Positions 45,353-54,453 of a stretch of 64,000 nucleotides of DNA are shown here, piece by piece. Location of the stretch: sequence record MW883059, one strand, 5' to 3'. The notes under the pieces were generated by a model, which saw nothing but the letters and a program-made list of their open reading frames with translations, was not told the origin of the DNA and did not search any database. Position 1 is the first letter of the stretch; the number at the start of each line of letters is the position of its first letter. The stretch comes from Escherichia phage vB_EcoM_SYGD1. Made by a program: the position numbers and the translations under genes.

Positions 45353-45597
45353 TTTATTGGAGATTCACTGCCTTAGTGTGAGCTAAAATCGAGGAGCCGT
45401 CGAACTGTCTGATTAATGATTTGCGAATCATTATAGTTTTAAGACCCCGGCAGTTTTACGGTGTACCTCTTGAATGTGAATGATGACGGGTTTATGGTTA
45501 TCCTGGTCGTTAAATATCAAAAAACCTATGTTCCCCTTGAGGGCTTGCGCAGGCAATGCCAATAAGTCCTGCATTTTCATTTAAAAGAGAATTTATA

Positions 45598-45774
45598 ATG
45601 GCAAAACAAGCTAAAGCAAAGAAAGCAGTTGAAAAGAAAGTTGGTGATTCTAAACGCGCTGGTTACAAGCGTGGGTCGAACTCTCGTATCAATCAAACTG
45701 TTGAGAAGATCATGCGCCGAGCACGTGCGGTTCTTCGAGATGATGCTTCTCGTTTTGGTAAGCAGAAAGCATAA
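45598..45774 (+). CDS. small basic protein 58 aa
   Basis: MAKQAKAKKAVEKKVGDSKRAGYKRG...; followed by strong terminator. Confidence 0.5.
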   Translation: MAKQAKAKKAVEKKVGDSKRAGYKRGSNSRINQTVEKIMRRARAVLRDDASRFGKQKA

Positions 45775-45777
45775 GTT

Positions 45778-45808
45778 GAGGACTCCTTCGGGAGTCCTTT
45801 TTTATTTT
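45778..45808 (+). terminator. rho-independent terminator
   Basis: GAGGACTCC-TTCG-GGAGTCC followed by TTTTTTATTTT. Confidence 0.85.
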
Positions 45809-45827
45809 CCAAAGATTGCACAAAGTT

Positions 45828-45860
45828 GTTTACAGTACGGTTCCTTTGTGATAGTATTAT
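45828..45860 (+). promoter_or_regulatory. T4 early-type promoter; downstream arm of a 7-bp inverted repeat overlaps the Shine-Dalgarno
   Basis: GTTTAC 45828-45833; TCCTTTG 45842-45848 pairs with CAAAGGA 45871-45877. Confidence 0.5.
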
Positions 45861-45884
45861 CTTACACAAACAAAGGAGAATAAA

Positions 45885-46217
45885 ATGAAAACGATTAATC
45901 TGAACGCTGCAGTTAAAACTAAATGCTTCAACGGTAAATATGATGAAACTATGTGGTTCTTAATGGCAGTTGAAGGTGATATTATTGAAGTAGAAACAAC
46001 AGAAGGTATGGGAACAGATTTCACCTTTACAATTCAAGTTCATAATTTCTTTACTGGTTGGATTTATGAATTGAATACAGTAATCGTTGGAAAAATTGAA
46101 CAAAATGAATTAGGCGAATGGTATTATGTTACAGCTCGCCAACGTGCCGAACACTTAATTGAGAAGATGAAAAAAGTTGGTAAACTTGACATGCAACATT
46201 GGAAAGTAGTAAAATAA
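45885..46217 (+). CDS. hypothetical protein 110 aa
   Basis: AAGGAGAATAAAATG start context. Confidence 0.5.
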   Translation: MKTINLNAAVKTKCFNGKYDETMWFLMAVEGDIIEVETTEGMGTDFTFTIQVHNFFTGWIYELNTVIVGKIEQNELGEWYYVTARQRAEHLIEKMKKVGKLDMQHWKVVK

Positions 46218-46219
46218 TT

Positions 46220-46249
46220 GTTTACTTTGGTACAGGATATGATATTATA
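46220..46249 (+). promoter_or_regulatory. T4 early-type promoter with perfect 8-bp inverted repeat around the -10
   Basis: GTTTAC 46220-46225; GGTACAGG 46229-46236 and CCTGTACC 46252-46259 flank TATTAT. Confidence 0.55.
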
Positions 46250-46284
46250 TACCTGTACCGCAATTAAACATCTTGGAGAATAAA

Positions 46285-46650
46285 ATGAACTACATCAACT
46301 TTGAACGTAAATATGTTTCTACCGGTATTGCAGGTTCTATTGATACTATCTGCCTTTGGAAACATCAAAATGGATCAGTATGCGAAATTGAACAGTATAT
46401 GACTCCTAACTACGTTTATATGCGATTTGAAAATGGCATCACGGTTTCAATCACGAAAGAAGGTTCTTCTTTCAAAATCGCATTAGATGATGATTTCCGT
46501 CAACGTGATTTAGGGACTCATCCTTGCTGGAATGGCGTCAATCGTAAGCTTCTGGTTAAAACTTGGATTCGTCATATTCTGAGTAACAGAGCTAAACCTG
46601 AGCATCTTGAAGCAATCTTTGATGTAGTTCTTAACGAATTTGATATTTAA
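46285..46650 (+). CDS. hypothetical protein 121 aa (ORF track starts at TTG 46273)
   Basis: TTGGAGAATAAAATG start context. Confidence 0.5.
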   Translation: MNYINFERKYVSTGIAGSIDTICLWKHQNGSVCEIEQYMTPNYVYMRFENGITVSITKEGSSFKIALDDDFRQRDLGTHPCWNGVNRKLLVKTWIRHILSNRAKPEHLEAIFDVVLNEFDI

Positions 46651-46690
46651 AATAAAACAGGGGCTTCGGCCCCTTACTGAGGAAAATACT

Positions 46691-46978
46691 ATGTTTATGA
46701 CTACTTATTTTGATACCCGCAAAAATTTCTGTGAAGTGGTTTTCTCTAAGGCGCCTAAAGACCTTCCTGCTCATTTGCAGCCTACCAGTGAATCGATTAA
46801 AAACTACGTTAATGTAGTCTGCTCTTTAGAGTTCCGTACTGTAAATGGCCGTGATACTTTAGCTATCACTAAACTCAATCGTGAAATTGACATTGACCCT
46901 TCAATTGCGAGTGAAATTAATATTTCTGACATTGGTGGTGGTAATGTTAAATCGCACGGATTTCAGATGAGGTTCTAA
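46691..46978 (+). CDS. hypothetical protein 95 aa
   Basis: GAGGAAAATACTATG start context after a hairpin at 46659-46674. Confidence 0.5.
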   Translation: MFMTTYFDTRKNFCEVVFSKAPKDLPAHLQPTSESIKNYVNVVCSLEFRTVNGRDTLAITKLNREIDIDPSIASEINISDIGGGNVKSHGFQMRF

Positions 46979-47175
46979 TGAAATTCTTTTTGGGTCAAAC
47001 TGTTGAATTAAAGGGAGTCGGTATACCTGGATTAATTTCTAAGGTTTTGCCTGCATTTAAATGGAGAGACGTTCAAATAAAAGAGGCTTATATTGTTTCC
47101 TGGGTAGATGGAAATGAAGACCTTCGTATGGATGATGAATTATCTCCTATCTATGGATTAAAGGAATTAGTATGA
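46978..47175 (+). CDS. hypothetical protein 65 aa
   Basis: ATGA-coupled ORF. Confidence 0.45.
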   Translation: MKFFLGQTVELKGVGIPGLISKVLPAFKWRDVQIKEAYIVSWVDGNEDLRMDDELSPIYGLKELV

Positions 47176-47378
47176 ATATAATTAATAAGATTTTTGGAAT
47201 TCAGTACATTAAGGTCACATATAAAGTAACGTATAAAGGTCCGTATACCGATGAACATGAAGAACCACAAGTTAAGTCTATTATATTAGAAAAGGACCCT
47301 AACTGGCCAGTTGAATTTCGTCTTCCTTGCTATGGTCATTGGGCTGATGTTGAAATTATAAGTATTGAAAATGTCTGA
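47172..47378 (+). CDS. hypothetical protein 68 aa
   Basis: ATGA-coupled ORF. Confidence 0.45.
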   Translation: MNIINKIFGIQYIKVTYKVTYKGPYTDEHEEPQVKSIILEKDPNWPVEFRLPCYGHWADVEIISIENV

Positions 47379-47829
47379 GCTAGAGATAAGAAGCAATTTT
47401 AGATGGCCATCATGTGCATTAAGCAATTTCGCCCAATGGCCTTTCGTTATGGATGGTATCCAATTTGGAGGTCTCGAAGGATTCCTCCAAGGGTGTAAGG
47501 TGAAAAATGTTGAACAGCAACGTCGTATATTTGGGTTATCCGGGATTGCCGCCCAACAAGCTGGACGAGCTTATGCTAGAGCTCAGGACCGTGGGACCCT
47601 CTTCTGGCTTGGAGTTCCGTTTTCAAGATACTCCCCGGCGTGGAAAGAATTATACACAAATGCATATTTTGAAGCAGCGATCCAAAACAGGGGCTTTCGT
47701 GATGCATTACAAGCCTCGAAAGGAAAAGTTTTGAAGCACAGCATAGCTAGTGGTCTAACAAAAGATGATACAATACTAACCGAAGCTGAATTTATTGATG
47801 TGTTAAACCTACTAAGAGACTCTCTATGA
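47365..47829 (+). CDS. conserved protein 154 aa, possibly NADAR/YbiA-like (30.3-like)
   Basis: Position upstream of DNA ligase; family assignment from memory only. Confidence 0.4.
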   Translation: MKMSELEIRSNFRWPSCALSNFAQWPFVMDGIQFGGLEGFLQGCKVKNVEQQRRIFGLSGIAAQQAGRAYARAQDRGTLFWLGVPFSRYSPAWKELYTNAYFEAAIQNRGFRDALQASKGKVLKHSIASGLTKDDTILTEAEFIDVLNLLRDSL

Positions 47830-48689
47830 AGCCTACTATTTTGACTGATATTGATGGAGTATGTTTAAGCTGGCAATCAGGTCTTCCTTATTTTGCTCAG
47901 AAATATAATCTTCCGTTAGAACATATTTTAAAAATGATCCAAGATGAGAAATTTATTTCTCCAGGTAAACTCTTTAATTGTGATGAAGAACTTGGCGTCA
48001 AGTTAATTGAAAAATACAATCGTTCAGATTTTATTCGTTACTTGTCTCCGTATAAAGATGCCCTGTGTGTAATTAACAAATTAAAAGAAGATTATAATTT
48101 TGTAGCTGTTACAGCATTGGGTGATTCTATTGACGCTCTGTTGAATCGTCAATTTAATTTGAATGCTCTTTTTCCTGGTGCCTTCTCAGAAGTAATGATG
48201 TGTGGTCATGATTCTTCAAAAGAAGAGTTATTCAAAAAGGCAAAAGAGAAATATAACGTAATTTGTTATATTGACGATCTCGCTCACCACTGCGACCACG
48301 CGAGTGAAATATTAAATGTTCCGGTTTATTGGATGGCTCGAGGAGAGCGTGACAATATTCCAAAAACTGCGCAGCGAGTTTATACATGGAATGATGTAGA
48401 AAATAAGCTTTTTTCGCCGAAGGAAAATAAAGAAAGTTTTGATAGTGAAAAAGCTATAAAAGATGTAATTGAGAAGATGGTTAAAAACGATTCTTTTCGT
48501 TGGAACACTACCTGGAGAACTCCTGGATTTAATCCTTATAATCCATATTATACGCATCCATATAATCCATATTATACACACCCGTATCATATGAATCCAT
48601 TCCATACGTGGAGTTATACTAAGCCTGGCGACGCAGGGTATTTTAATAGACTTACTAGTGGTGATAATATTTTCCAAGGAGCATTCTAA
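47826..48689 (+). CDS. HAD-superfamily hydrolase-like protein with C-terminal Pro/Tyr-rich tandem repeat (287 aa)
   Basis: N-terminal LTDIDGVCLSW (DxDG motif I); C-terminal NPYNPYYTHPYNPYYTHPYHMNPFH. Confidence 0.5.
   Translation: MKPTILTDIDGVCLSWQSGLPYFAQKYNLPLEHILKMIQDEKFISPGKLFNCDEELGVKLIEKYNRSDFIRYLSPYKDALCVINKLKEDYNFVAVTALGDSIDALLNRQFNLNALFPGAFSEVMMCGHDSSKEELFKKAKEKYNVICYIDDLAHHCDHASEILNVPVYWMARGERDNIPKTAQRVYTWNDVENKLFSPKENKESFDSEKAIKDVIEKMVKNDSFRWNTTWRTPGFNPYNPYYTHPYNPYYTHPYHMNPFHTWSYTKPGDAGYFNRLTSGDNIFQGAF
48531..48610 (+). repeat. 24-nt tandem direct repeat within coding sequence
   Basis: AATCCATATTATACGCATCCATAT / AATCCATATTATACACACCCGTAT adjacent copies. Confidence 0.7.
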
Positions 48690-48958
48690 TGTTTGTTGTT
48701 CACACTATTTATGAAAATGAAGGTAATACTACACGTGATTACGGTCACGTAAATCAATTTTTTAGATGCAATCCAGAATTCCGAGCTCAAAAAGACGAAC
48801 GAATTTTTAAAAAATGTGTAGAGCAAGGTTTCATTTACGTCAAGCACTGGATGCAAGGAAATAAAGTTAGAACTACATATCATAGGTCTTTAACTGAGCT
48901 TAATGATGAATTGATTTATAATAGAGCTGTAAACCAAACCTTGAAGGATGAGCAATGA
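48689..48958 (+). CDS. hypothetical protein 89 aa
   Basis: ORF coupled to ligase gene. Confidence 0.5.
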   Translation: MFVVHTIYENEGNTTRDYGHVNQFFRCNPEFRAQKDERIFKKCVEQGFIYVKHWMQGNKVRTTYHRSLTELNDELIYNRAVNQTLKDEQ

Positions 48959-50415
48959 TTCTTAAAATTCTGAATGAAATAGCATCTATTGGTTCAACTA
49001 AGCAGAAGCAAGCAATTCTTGAAAAGAATAAAGATAATGAATTGCTTAAACGAGTATATCGTCTGACTTATTCTCGTGGGTTACAGTATTATATCAAGAA
49101 ATGGCCTAAACCTGGTATTGCTACCCAGAGTTTTGGAATGCTGACCATTACCGATATGCTTGACTTCATTGAATTCACGTTAGCTACTCGGAAATTGACT
49201 GGAAATGCTGCAATTGAGGAATTAACTGGATATATCACTGATGGTAAAAAGGATGATGTTGAAGTTTTGCGTCGAGTGATGATGCGAGACCTTGAATGCG
49301 GTGCTTCAGTATCTATTGCAAACAAAGTTTGGCCAGGTTTAATTCCTGAACAACCTCAAATGCTAGCAAGTTCTTATGATGAAAAAGGCATTAGTAAGAA
49401 TATCAAATTTCCAGCCTTTGCACAGTTAAAAGCAGATGGAGCTCGGTGTTTTGCTGAAGTTCGAGGTGATGAATTAGATGATGTTCGTCTTTTATCGCGA
49501 GCTGGTAATGAATATCTAGGATTAGATCTTCTTAAGGAAGAATTAATCAAAATGACTGCTGAAGCCCGCCAGATTCATCCAGAAGGCGTGTTAATTGATG
49601 GCGAATTGGTATACCATGAGCAAGTTAAAAAGGAACCAGAAGGCCTAGATTTTCTTTTTGACGCTCCTGAAAATAGTAAAGTTAAAGACTTCGCAGAAGT
49701 AGCTGAATCTCGTACTGCTTCTAATGGAATCGCTAATAAATCTTTAAAGGGAACTATTTCAGAAAAAGAAGCCAAATGCATGAAGTTTCAGGTCTGGGAT
49801 TATGTTCCGTTAGTAGAAATATACGGTCTTCCGGCGTTTCGTTTAAAATATGATGTACGTTTTTCTAAACTAGAACAAATGACATCAGGATATGATAAAG
49901 TAATTTTAATTGAAAACCAGGTAGTAAATAACCTAGATGAAGCTAAGGTAATTTATAAAAAATATATTGACCAAGGTCTTGAAGGTATTATTCTCAAAAA
50001 TACCGATGGATTGTGGGAAAATGCTCGTTCAAAAAATCTCTATAAATTTAAAGAAGTAATTGATGTTGATTTAAAAATTGTAGGAATTTATCCTCACCGT
50101 AAAGACCCTACTAAAGCGGGTGGATTTATTCTTGAATCAGAGTGTGGAAAAATTAAAGTAAATGCAGGTTCAGGCTTAAAAGATAAAGCTGGTGTAAAAT
50201 CACATGAACTTGACCGTACTCGCATTATGGAAAACCAAAATTATTATATTGGAAAAATTCTAGAGTGCGAATGCAACGGTTGGTTAAAATCTGATGGCCG
50301 CACTGATTACGTTAAATTATTTCTTCCGATTGCGATTCGTTTACGTGAAGATAAAACTAAAGCTAATACATTCGAGGATGTATTTGGTGATTTTCATGAG
50401 GTAACTGGTCTATGA
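48955..50415 (+). CDS. 30: ATP-dependent DNA ligase (486 aa)
   Basis: Recognisable T4 DNA ligase sequence; adenylation site KADGAR. Confidence 0.95.
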   Translation: MILKILNEIASIGSTKQKQAILEKNKDNELLKRVYRLTYSRGLQYYIKKWPKPGIATQSFGMLTITDMLDFIEFTLATRKLTGNAAIEELTGYITDGKKDDVEVLRRVMMRDLECGASVSIANKVWPGLIPEQPQMLASSYDEKGISKNIKFPAFAQLKADGARCFAEVRGDELDDVRLLSRAGNEYLGLDLLKEELIKMTAEARQIHPEGVLIDGELVYHEQVKKEPEGLDFLFDAPENSKVKDFAEVAESRTASNGIANKSLKGTISEKEAKCMKFQVWDYVPLVEIYGLPAFRLKYDVRFSKLEQMTSGYDKVILIENQVVNNLDEAKVIYKKYIDQGLEGIILKNTDGLWENARSKNLYKFKEVIDVDLKIVGIYPHRKDPTKAGGFILESECGKIKVNAGSGLKDKAGVKSHELDRTRIMENQNYYIGKILECECNGWLKSDGRTDYVKLFLPIAIRLREDKTKANTFEDVFGDFHEVTGL

Positions 50416-50600
50416 AAGCTTACTTAGAAACAATTGTCGTGGCTCAAAAAGAAGGTGGAGATGTTTCTACTTCGGTATCACAAGTCATTCTCGAATTTGT
50501 AGATGCATATGCTTATAATAAATTTACAGAAACATTTGATGCCTACGAAAAAGGTCCAAAGTTTGAAATATATCGTACTCTCTTACCACTAGATTATTAA
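50412..50600 (+). CDS. hypothetical protein 62 aa
   Basis: ATGA-coupled ORF followed by hairpin. Confidence 0.45.
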   Translation: MKAYLETIVVAQKEGGDVSTSVSQVILEFVDAYAYNKFTETFDAYEKGPKFEIYRTLLPLDY

Positions 50601-50625
50601 AGGCCTTCGGGCCTTTAATTTTATA
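50599..50625 (+). terminator. hairpin/terminator
   Basis: AAAGGCC-TTCG-GGCCTTT followed by AATTTTAT. Confidence 0.55.
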
Positions 50626-50652
50626 AATAGAATAAACACTAGAGAGGATATG

Positions 50653-52746
50653 ATGGAACTTATTACAGAATTATTTGACGAAGATACTACTCTTCCGATT
50701 ACAAACTTAAATCCAAAGAAGAAAATACCGCAAATTTTTTCAGTTCATGTTGATGACGCAATTGAACAACCAGGCTTTCGTTTATGTACCTATACATCTG
50801 GAGGTGATACTAATCGCGATTTAAAAATGGGCGATAAAATGATGCATATTGTTCCTTTTACATTAACTGCTAAAGGTTCAATTGCTAAATTAAAAGGTCT
50901 CGGTCCAAGCCCAATTAATTACATCAATTCAGTTTTTACTGTTGCAATGCAGACGATGCGTCAGTATAAAATTGATGCATGTATGCTCCGTATTCTTAAG
51001 TCTAAAACTGCTGGTCAAGCTCGACAAATTCAAGTTATTGCTGATAGACTTATCCGTAGTCGTTCAGGTGGCAGATACGTCCTTCTTAAGGAACTCTGGG
51101 ATTACGATAAAAAGTATGCATATATTCTTATACATCGCAAAAATGTATCACTAGAAGACATTCCAGGAGTTCCGGAAATTAGTACAGAGCTCTTTACTAA
51201 AGTTGAATCGAAGGTCGGCGATGTTTATATCAATAAAGATACCGGAGCTCAAGTAACTAAAAATGAGGCAATTGCAGCATCTATTGCGCAAGAAAACGAT
51301 AAACGTTCTGACCAAGCTGTAATCGTTAAAGTTAAAATTTCCCGTAGAGCAATTGCACAAAGTCAGTCATTGGAATCTTCTAGATTTGAAAGTGAATTAT
51401 TCCAAAAGTATGAATCTACCGCAGCTAATTTCAATAAACCTGCTACCGCTCCTTTAATTCCCGAAGCGGAAGAAATGAAACTTGGAATTAATTCATTAGC
51501 TTCTAAAACCAAGGCAGCAAAAATTATTGCCGAAGGAACCGCAAATGAACTTCATTATGATTATAAATTCTTTTCAAAAAGTGAGGTTGATGAAGTTTCT
51601 GAAAAGATTAAAGATGTAATTCTTAATGCGATTAAAAATGAACCAACTACTTCAATAAAATGTTTAGAGAAATACGCAGCAGCCGTTAATCAACTCTTTG
51701 AAGAATATAAAGATAATTGGCTTGATAAACATAATAAAACTCGTAAAGGGCAGTCAGATGAAGTCTGGGAAGAAATAACTAAAAATTCCTGGAACGCAGC
51801 AAAAACTAAATTCCTCAAAAGAATGATTTATAGTTTTTCTGGAATTGGTGCAGGTCCAATGATTGATATTACTATTGCCCGTGATGGTTCTAAATATACT
51901 CCATCACAAAAGCGTGGCATTAGAGAGTATTGTGGTTCAGGATATACTGACATCAATAATCTTCTTTTAGGACGCTACAATCCAGAACGATATGATGTAA
52001 TGAGTGAAAAAGAAATTGAATCTGCTATAAATAACTTAGATTCAGCTTTTGAAAATGGTGACCGTATACCAGAAGGCATTACAGTTTATCGTGCTCAAAG
52101 TATGACTGCTCCTATATACGAAGCACTAGTTAAAAATAAAGTGTTCTATTTCAGAAATTTTGTATCTACTTCTTTAACTCCTATCATTTTTGGACGTTTT
52201 GGAATTACACATGCTGGTATCGGTCTTTTAGAACCAGAAGCTCGTAATGAATTAACAGTTGATAAAAATGAAGAAGGAATAACTATTAATCCAAACGAAA
52301 TAAGAGCGTATAAAGAAAATCCTGAATACGTTAAAGTTCAAATAGGATGGGCAATTGATGGAGCTCATAAAGTTAATGTTGTATATCCAGGAAGTCTCGG
52401 AATAGCAACTGAAGCTGAAGTTATTTTACCACGCGGATTGATGGTCAAAGTTAATAAAATAACTGATGCTTCTAATAATGACGGAACAACATCTAATAAT
52501 ACAAAACTCATTCAAGCTGAAGTTATGACTACGGAAGAACTCACCGAATCAGTAATTTATGACGGTGACCGTCTAATGGAAACTGGTGAAGTAGTTGCAA
52601 TGACAGATGATATTGAAATAGAAGACAGAGTTGACTTTGCATCATTTGTTTCATCAAATGTTAAACAGAAAGCAGAATCATCTCTCGGAATTATTGCGTC
52701 TTGCATAGATATTACAAACATGCCTTACAAGTTCGTTCAAGGATAA
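50653..52746 (+). CDS. alt: ADP-ribosyltransferase Alt (697 aa)
   Basis: Begins MELITELFDEDTTLPITNLNPKKKIPQIF as T4 Alt; ART-like R / S-T-S motifs (VYRAQS, FVSTSL). Confidence 0.9.
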   Translation: MELITELFDEDTTLPITNLNPKKKIPQIFSVHVDDAIEQPGFRLCTYTSGGDTNRDLKMGDKMMHIVPFTLTAKGSIAKLKGLGPSPINYINSVFTVAMQTMRQYKIDACMLRILKSKTAGQARQIQVIADRLIRSRSGGRYVLLKELWDYDKKYAYILIHRKNVSLEDIPGVPEISTELFTKVESKVGDVYINKDTGAQVTKNEAIAASIAQENDKRSDQAVIVKVKISRRAIAQSQSLESSRFESELFQKYESTAANFNKPATAPLIPEAEEMKLGINSLASKTKAAKIIAEGTANELHYDYKFFSKSEVDEVSEKIKDVILNAIKNEPTTSIKCLEKYAAAVNQLFEEYKDNWLDKHNKTRKGQSDEVWEEITKNSWNAAKTKFLKRMIYSFSGIGAGPMIDITIARDGSKYTPSQKRGIREYCGSGYTDINNLLLGRYNPERYDVMSEKEIESAINNLDSAFENGDRIPEGITVYRAQSMTAPIYEALVKNKVFYFRNFVSTSLTPIIFGRFGITHAGIGLLEPEARNELTVDKNEEGITINPNEIRAYKENPEYVKVQIGWAIDGAHKVNVVYPGSLGIATEAEVILPRGLMVKVNKITDASNNDGTTSNNTKLIQAEVMTTEELTESVIYDGDRLMETGEVVAMTDDIEIEDRVDFASFVSSNVKQKAESSLGIIASCIDITNMPYKFVQG

Positions 52747-52749
52747 ATC

Positions 52750-53136
52750 ATGGAACTTATTACAGAATTATTTGACGGCGCTTCGGCGCCGGTTGTTAAC
52801 TTAAATCCTAAGCATAAAATACCTCAAATTTTTGCTATTCAAGCAGGTGAAGAAAGCGTGCTTCCTGGATTTAGATTTTGTACATACACCTCTGGCGGTG
52901 ATACAAATAAAAACGTTAAGCCAGGCGATAAAATGATGCATATCGTAATGATAGGTGTTAATGAGAAACTATCATTAGTTAAACTTAAAAACTTGGGTGG
53001 AAATCCAATTGGTGTCATTAATGCGGTTTTTGATACTGCTCTTCAAACAATGAAACAGTATAAAATCGACGCATGCCTATTACGCGTACTAAAAAGTTCA
53101 AAATGTAGTTTACAAGTCCCTCGTGTTGTGTTATAG
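52750..53136 (+). CDS. truncated paralog of the Alt N-terminal domain (128 aa)
   Basis: Residues 1-116 align with the Alt N-terminus; last 8 codons are encoded by the promoter cassette. Confidence 0.6.
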   Translation: MELITELFDGASAPVVNLNPKHKIPQIFAIQAGEESVLPGFRFCTYTSGGDTNKNVKPGDKMMHIVMIGVNEKLSLVKLKNLGGNPIGVINAVFDTALQTMKQYKIDACLLRVLKSSKCSLQVPRVVL

Positions 53137-53161
53137 TAGATTTACTGACATAACATGAGGA
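53108..53161 (+). promoter_or_regulatory. early promoter cassette, copy B
   Basis: 53/54 nt identical to 39504-39557. Confidence 0.6.
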
Positions 53162-53168
53162 ACATAAA

Positions 53169-53459
53169 ATGAAATCTTCTTTGCGCTTTTTAGGTCAAGA
53201 ACTCGTAGTTGAAGGCGTTATTCCTGCTGATAACGCTTTTAATGAAGCTGTTTACGATGAATTTATCAAAATTTTTGGAACAGATAAAAAGTTCGGAATT
53301 TTTCCTTCTGAAAATTTTTCAAAGCCAGAACAGACTGAAAGCATTTTCCAAGGTGTAGTAACAGGTAAATTTGAGTCAGAAGCTCCGGTAAAAATTGAAG
53401 TTTATATTGAAGACAGTTTAGTTGCTTCAGTTGCTGCTTTTATTTCATTCCGTAAATAA
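53169..53459 (+). CDS. hypothetical protein 96 aa
   Basis: ORF downstream of cassette B, followed by bidirectional hairpin. Confidence 0.5.
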   Translation: MKSSLRFLGQELVVEGVIPADNAFNEAVYDEFIKIFGTDKKFGIFPSENFSKPEQTESIFQGVVTGKFESEAPVKIEVYIEDSLVASVAAFISFRK

Positions 53460-53462
53460 AAA

Positions 53463-53488
53463 TATGGGGACCTTTCGGTCCCCATTGT
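53463..53488. terminator. bidirectional hairpin terminator between convergent early and late units
   Basis: GGGGACC-TTTC-GGTCCCC; U-rich flank on the minus-strand side. Confidence 0.65.
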
Positions 53489-54453
53489 TATATTGCTCCT
53501 AATATTTTACTTTGCGAATTGACAATTCCTGTCATAGTATTAATGTTTGAAATGCTTCCTGCAGTTCCTCCTAATCTACTAAGTCGTGAAAGCGAATTAG
53601 ATAGTCCAGTAACACCTCCGCTATTTCCGAGAACGCTTTGAATGCCATTTATAGTAGCAGATTCAAGCCACTCAAGCGCAGCTTGTCTATCAACCGCTCC
53701 AGCCTGCATGACTCTATACGCAAAAGTAACATCAAATGTAGTTATTTGGTTATCTCCATCGTATGATAACTCAGGAGCACTCACTGACACTGGAATGCAT
53801 CCGGTGAACATCACAGCAGTATGAGGTAATCCATTACGAGCATGAAGATTAACCTGAATGTCTGCCTCGACATCTTGTGGCAAAGCGCGTAATCCAGTTA
53901 CTGGGTCTTGAACAGCGTTAACCCAGTCTTGCATTGCACGATAATTACATGCTTCTGAATCCATCCTAAATGAAATAACCAAAGGGTCTAATTCTCTCCC
54001 AGTTATACGAATATTAGGAGAATTATAGTTCCAGTCAGTTTCATAGGATAATCTATTCTCTGGCATTTTTACAGAATATATCATCAATCCAGATGAGTTA
54101 TATGCCATGTTAAAGAAGTCAATTAAATATGTACCAACTGTAAATGAGCCTAATAAACTTTGAACTGTACGCTGACTCATGGCACCAATAAGATATTTAC
54201 TAACCCCTGATTTTCTTATCAGTTTTTGTGTGCCAGCAGTAATTAGCGTAGTAATTCCCTGATTAATATCGCCTTGAGTTAATCCTAACCAATCTGAATT
54301 TAGGCCCAAGTTATTATAAGAAAAGTTGCTAATTGAACTTATCAACGAAGAGCTTTTAGTTGATGGAGTTGTCGCAAAAACGCAGCTAAACATATTATTA
54401 CGCTGGAAATCTGCGTTTATTGCTTGATTATTAAATTCCTCTAAAGAATACAT
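53488..54453 (-). CDS. 54: baseplate tail tube initiator gp54
   Basis: 321 aa vs T4 320 aa; synteny 51-27-28-29-48-54. Confidence 0.88.
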   Translation of the reverse strand: MYSLEEFNNQAINADFQRNNMFSCVFATTPSTKSSSLISSISNFSYNNLGLNSDWLGLTQGDINQGITTLITAGTQKLIRKSGVSKYLIGAMSQRTVQSLLGSFTVGTYLIDFFNMAYNSSGLMIYSVKMPENRLSYETDWNYNSPNIRITGRELDPLVISFRMDSEACNYRAMQDWVNAVQDPVTGLRALPQDVEADIQVNLHARNGLPHTAVMFTGCIPVSVSAPELSYDGDNQITTFDVTFAYRVMQAGAVDRQAALEWLESATINGIQSVLGNSGGVTGLSNSLSRLSRLGGTAGSISNINTMTGIVNSQSKILGAI

